The position numbers and the translations under genes are program-made. This document shows, in pieces, positions 50,670-54,493 of a stretch of 54,493 nt of DNA. The DNA comes from Chiloscyllium plagiosum (lineage: Eukaryota), in contig NC_057719.1 of NCBI RefSeq assembly GCF_004010195.1, positions 86,268,056-86,322,548 on the forward strand. Direction: 5' to 3'. The notes beneath the pieces were generated by a model. It was given only the letters and a program-made list of their open reading frames with translations. It was not told the DNA's origin and searched no databases. The number at the start of each line of letters is the position of its first letter. The stretch's first letter is position 1.

Positions 50670-50730
50670 CTCAATTCTAATTATACATTCAGGAAGACTC
50701 TTTTCAATGGCAGCACTATTTTTTTAAAAT
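50670..50730 (+). CDS. TMEM87A: TMEM87A exon 2 (LNSNYTFRKTLFNGSTIFLK)
   Basis: 61 bp, strong polypyrimidine tract, CAG...GTAAGT. Matches human FGKILFRNTTIFLK. Confidence 0.93.
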
Positions 50731-53304
50731 GTAAGTAATGGTTTTTGTATAAATTGTGTATGAATTGCTGGTAGGAGGCAACAGGAACGTGTGATGTTGG
50801 AAGGTGGAGGTGGTGAGGAGTTCATTACTGTTGAATTCCCCCGAAAGCTGATCCGCAATTTTATAATGGACAATGCTCAAAAGACTTGGTTGATGTTTTA
50901 CTGACAAGGAAAGAACTTGATATCCCTCTCATTGGTTGGAGACTGAGATATTGTCATAGCGACATAATGACCTTCCCATATCTCTTGCCTAAAACATTAA
51001 ACGTGCCCCATAGTCATCATAGCATCAATAAATAGGAACAGCTAATTGTTGTCTGCCTTCTCTAACCATCACACAGTTTTATATATATCATCAAATCTTT
51101 CCCCATTTTTCCTTTAACCAGAAGAAAGACGCCAACTTCTCTAACCTAACCTTTTACTACTGCACTCATCCCAGGACCATTCTGGTTAATCTCCTGTTAC
51201 ACTATTTGAAGGACTTGTTAAAATGTGATGAAAACTGGATGTCATACTGTAGTGAAGGCCAGCCCAAACATGTAATTGAAGTTTATTGATTAACTGCGCT
51301 GCAAAGCCACTAACTGGACAGACTAGAAAAACCCACTATCACCTGCATCCTGATTTTACTCTGGCCCTGATAATTCTGATAATCCACATAATTCTACTGA
51401 TTAGAAAGCAACCTAGTTGTCCCTTAGGAAAATTATCTTTTTGCAGTATTTGTACTGCAGTTTTGTTTTAGTTTTACCCATTCATTTGATATGGATGTGG
51501 CTGTCTGGGCTAGCATTTATAGCTATCCCTAATTGTTCTGGAACTGAGTTGCTTGCGAGGCTCATTTCAGAGGCCGTTAATAGTCAAGTCTGGAGTTGCA
51601 TGTAAGCCAGTGTTTGCATGGTCTCCTTAGGCTAGCTTTGAATTCAATAAAATGTACAATTAAACTTTTACCATCTGTTATGGTGGCATTTGAACCCATG
51701 ATCCCAGAATATTAGCTTGTGATTGTCTGTTACAATTCCAGTGACATTATCTCTACACCACCATCTTCCCACACAATTATGAACTTCTATGATTTCACCA
51801 CAGATAAAACAGGAAATTTAGTTTTTAATGTCTTGTAAAAATGGACAGTATTTATCCTTGATCTTGGTGATCAGCTGCCTTCTTAAACTGCTTGCACCTT
51901 TAAAAGGAGGAAAAGGTCTTTCAGCTACTCAAATCTATTCCACCATTCGAGATCATGGCTGATCATTTACCTCCACGCCATATTCCTGCACTATCCCTAT
52001 ATTTCGAGGAAGATTTGGATAATCTCTTGATATATGTGAACAAAATTTATAAGGAAGATGATCTTTTAAAGACATAAGAGGCATAGTCTTCAATACATTT
52101 TAAAAGTCCAATAGTTATTCAGTAGGAGAATATATAATCAAATTTGAAAGATTACATACACAAAATTGACAGAAATTCATCTGAAAATGACAGATTCAGT
52201 GCTTGCCTTTGCTATGCCAGAAGTTGAAAGTGGATAGACACCTCATGTTTACTGGAGTTAGATTTTCTGACAGCACCTTAGTTTTACATCAAGTTTACAA
52301 AGTCTTAAAACAAAAACTTTTGAGCAGAACTTCATTCTCAGTGGTATGCATGTTCAAAATTGGGCATTCAATAGCTACACAATGAGTGGAGGATTCGATG
52401 GTGGCAGAGCTACCTAGATATAGGCTCTAAATGTCTACACAAAGGGAGAGTCAGAACAAGAAGGGTAAGAACAGAAATATACTTGGCAATTATAATAGAT
52501 GATAGGAACTAGGGACTGATAACACCAGAATGAATTCCAAGAATATTAAACCTGGTATTTCATATGGTGACTCAAAATATCATTATACAATGAGTTATCC
52601 TAAATTTCTGTGGATTTTACTAAAAAGAAAGGTCAGTTTGAGTGAGATGAAGGTATGTACCTGATGTTAGCAATGAAGGGTAGTTGCTGTTGTGCTCTCA
52701 TTGGGAATATTTTCTTGGGCTAATAGGGATGAGTAGTACGCTGCCATGCCATTTCCTTTGACATTATCCACGATCCCATGTGCCATTTATATTTGTGATT
52801 GATTCAATTACTAATCATAATTCTGAAGTACAGTTGAGTTCAGCACAACAGTGAACAGCCATTGCTCCATGACTACATGTTACAAAGACTGACTTTGTCC
52901 ACAATTGAGAAAATATGCAACTTATGCTGTTGGCCTGCCTCTCCTCTAAACTTTTTACATCCTGTGGCAGTAATAGCCCAATACCTGATGTTGTTTAAAT
53001 TATTAATATTTTCCACCAGGTATGAATAGGAAATCAATTGCATTTTTATATTGATAGCTTATAAAAGATGAGAGAGTACCTGCTGAGTTTAACAGGATGT
53101 AGCACATACAGGTCAAACCTGCTGAGTGCAGTGTTCTGTGTATGTTGCCTTAAGTGACGTAAGGCTTAGTGACAAGAGTGAACACTGTTGTGAGATTGTG
53201 GCTCTCTTGTACTGATCTTTCAAAGCCTTTGTAAATGCTTCTAGAAATAACATTATGCTGCAATCCTCACATTTACTCATTCCTTCTTTTGTTCTTGCAT
53301 CTAG

Positions 53305-53402
53305 TTTTTGATGGGAAGAATACGTGTGATCCCTCATTGACTTTTAACATTTCATGGTACCTCAGGTATTCACACTGCTACAATGAAGTCTTCAACATGC
53401 CA
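53305..53402 (+). CDS. TMEM87A: TMEM87A exon 3 (FDGKNTCDPSLTFNISWYLRYSHCYNEVFNMP)
   Basis: 98 bp, TAG...GTAAGT, phase 1/0. Matches human FDGEPCDLSLNITWYLKSADCYNEIYN. Confidence 0.95.
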
Positions 53403-54164
53403 GTAAGTCTAATTTGCAGTCATTTAGACAGAGAAGTCCATACCTTTGGTCATGTACTACAATCTCAATTTTTTGTGTGGTCTCTCCTTGACAATCACAT
53501 GCATTTTATTGATGTTACTATGAAAAGTGCTAAGATTTAACAGGAAGAAGAGAAAAATAAGGGATGATTGTTGTACTTTAATGGAGGTCTTTTATTGGCT
53601 TGGAATATTACCCTGTGGTATCATCTTGAATTTTCTAAAAAGTAACAAGAGGGAACATGTATAAGTCCCACTTTAAGTACATTCCTTTCGATTTAGTCCT
53701 CTTATGTGGGGAATTGACAAATCTGGTTTAGATGGGGGTGTGAAATTATAAGCTACAGATTTTCACTGGTGCCATATTTATCAGAATTGCTGCAATATTG
53801 TGAAAGTATTCTGTATTAGTGACGTTGACTGTTTGAAGATTGTTGTCAGAGTTACAGTGCTCAAGTTAATACAACTTCCCCTGTTGTCAGTAATAGGGAA
53901 GTTATTAGACTCTGTCATTGATTAGCTTACTTATTCCAAAGGCTTGGTCACAGTACCCAAGAGAGTACCAGCACGGTTTTGTTAGGTGCATGAAAGTTCT
54001 AACTAACCTGGTAGAATTTGTTTTAAGGAGACAGTTGAGGTAATATATGTAGACATTATCTGTTCAGTTCCAGAACTCCATCAATAAGATTATGTACAAA
54101 AGGTAATTTGGAAAAATCAGAGTGCATGGAATCGGAGGGTACTAATAGATTTGCTGGAATTTTT

Positions 54165-54493
54165 TTCATTCATGGATTATGGACGGCAGCATATATTGCA
54201 TTGAACCAAGTATAACATAGCAAAGATAAGTGGGAAAACTGAGGACTGGGAAGCTTTTAAAGAACAACAGAGGATTACGAAGAAGGAAATACGCAGAAGG
54301 AAAAATGAGGTACGAAGATAAACTGGCCAATAATATAAAGGAGGATAGTAAAAGCTTTTTTAGGTATGTGCAAGGGAACAAAGAAATGGCAGAAGAATTA
54401 AATGGGTACTTCAGATCTGTGTTCACTGGGGAAGACACAAGCAATCTCCCTGAGGTAACAGTGGCTGAAGGACCTGAACTTAAGGGAATTTAT
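54165..54493 (+). mobile_element. CR1 fragment running off the window end
   Basis: YEDKLANNIKEDSKSFFRYV, EMAEELNGYFRSVFT. Confidence 0.8.

Overview
Repeat-dense vertebrate genomic DNA, very probably from a shark (HE1-type tRNA SINEs, a SacSINE1/Deu-type SINE, CR1 LINEs and Penelope-derived repeats typical of elasmobranchs). It holds the 5' ends of two head-to-head genes sharing a CpG-rich promoter at about 46.9-47.4 kb. On the minus strand is neutral alpha-glucosidase C (GANC): nine coding exons, 43715 to 889, all GT-AG and phase-consistent. On the plus strand is TMEM87A: three coding exons, 47255-53402. The introns are filled with nested retroelements. The most notable are (i) a degraded, tRNA-Arg-primed LTR/endogenous retrovirus-like element with a coiled-coil Gag, split by a near full-length L1, a Penelope fragment and a CR1; (ii) many Penelope-type repeats carrying minimal hammerhead ribozyme cores, several as fold-back mini-insertions with 12-17 bp target duplications; and (iii) two local inverted, templated duplications. 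Family names and homologies come from my recognition of motifs, not from database searches. TE boundaries are approximate unless a TSD or TIR is given.
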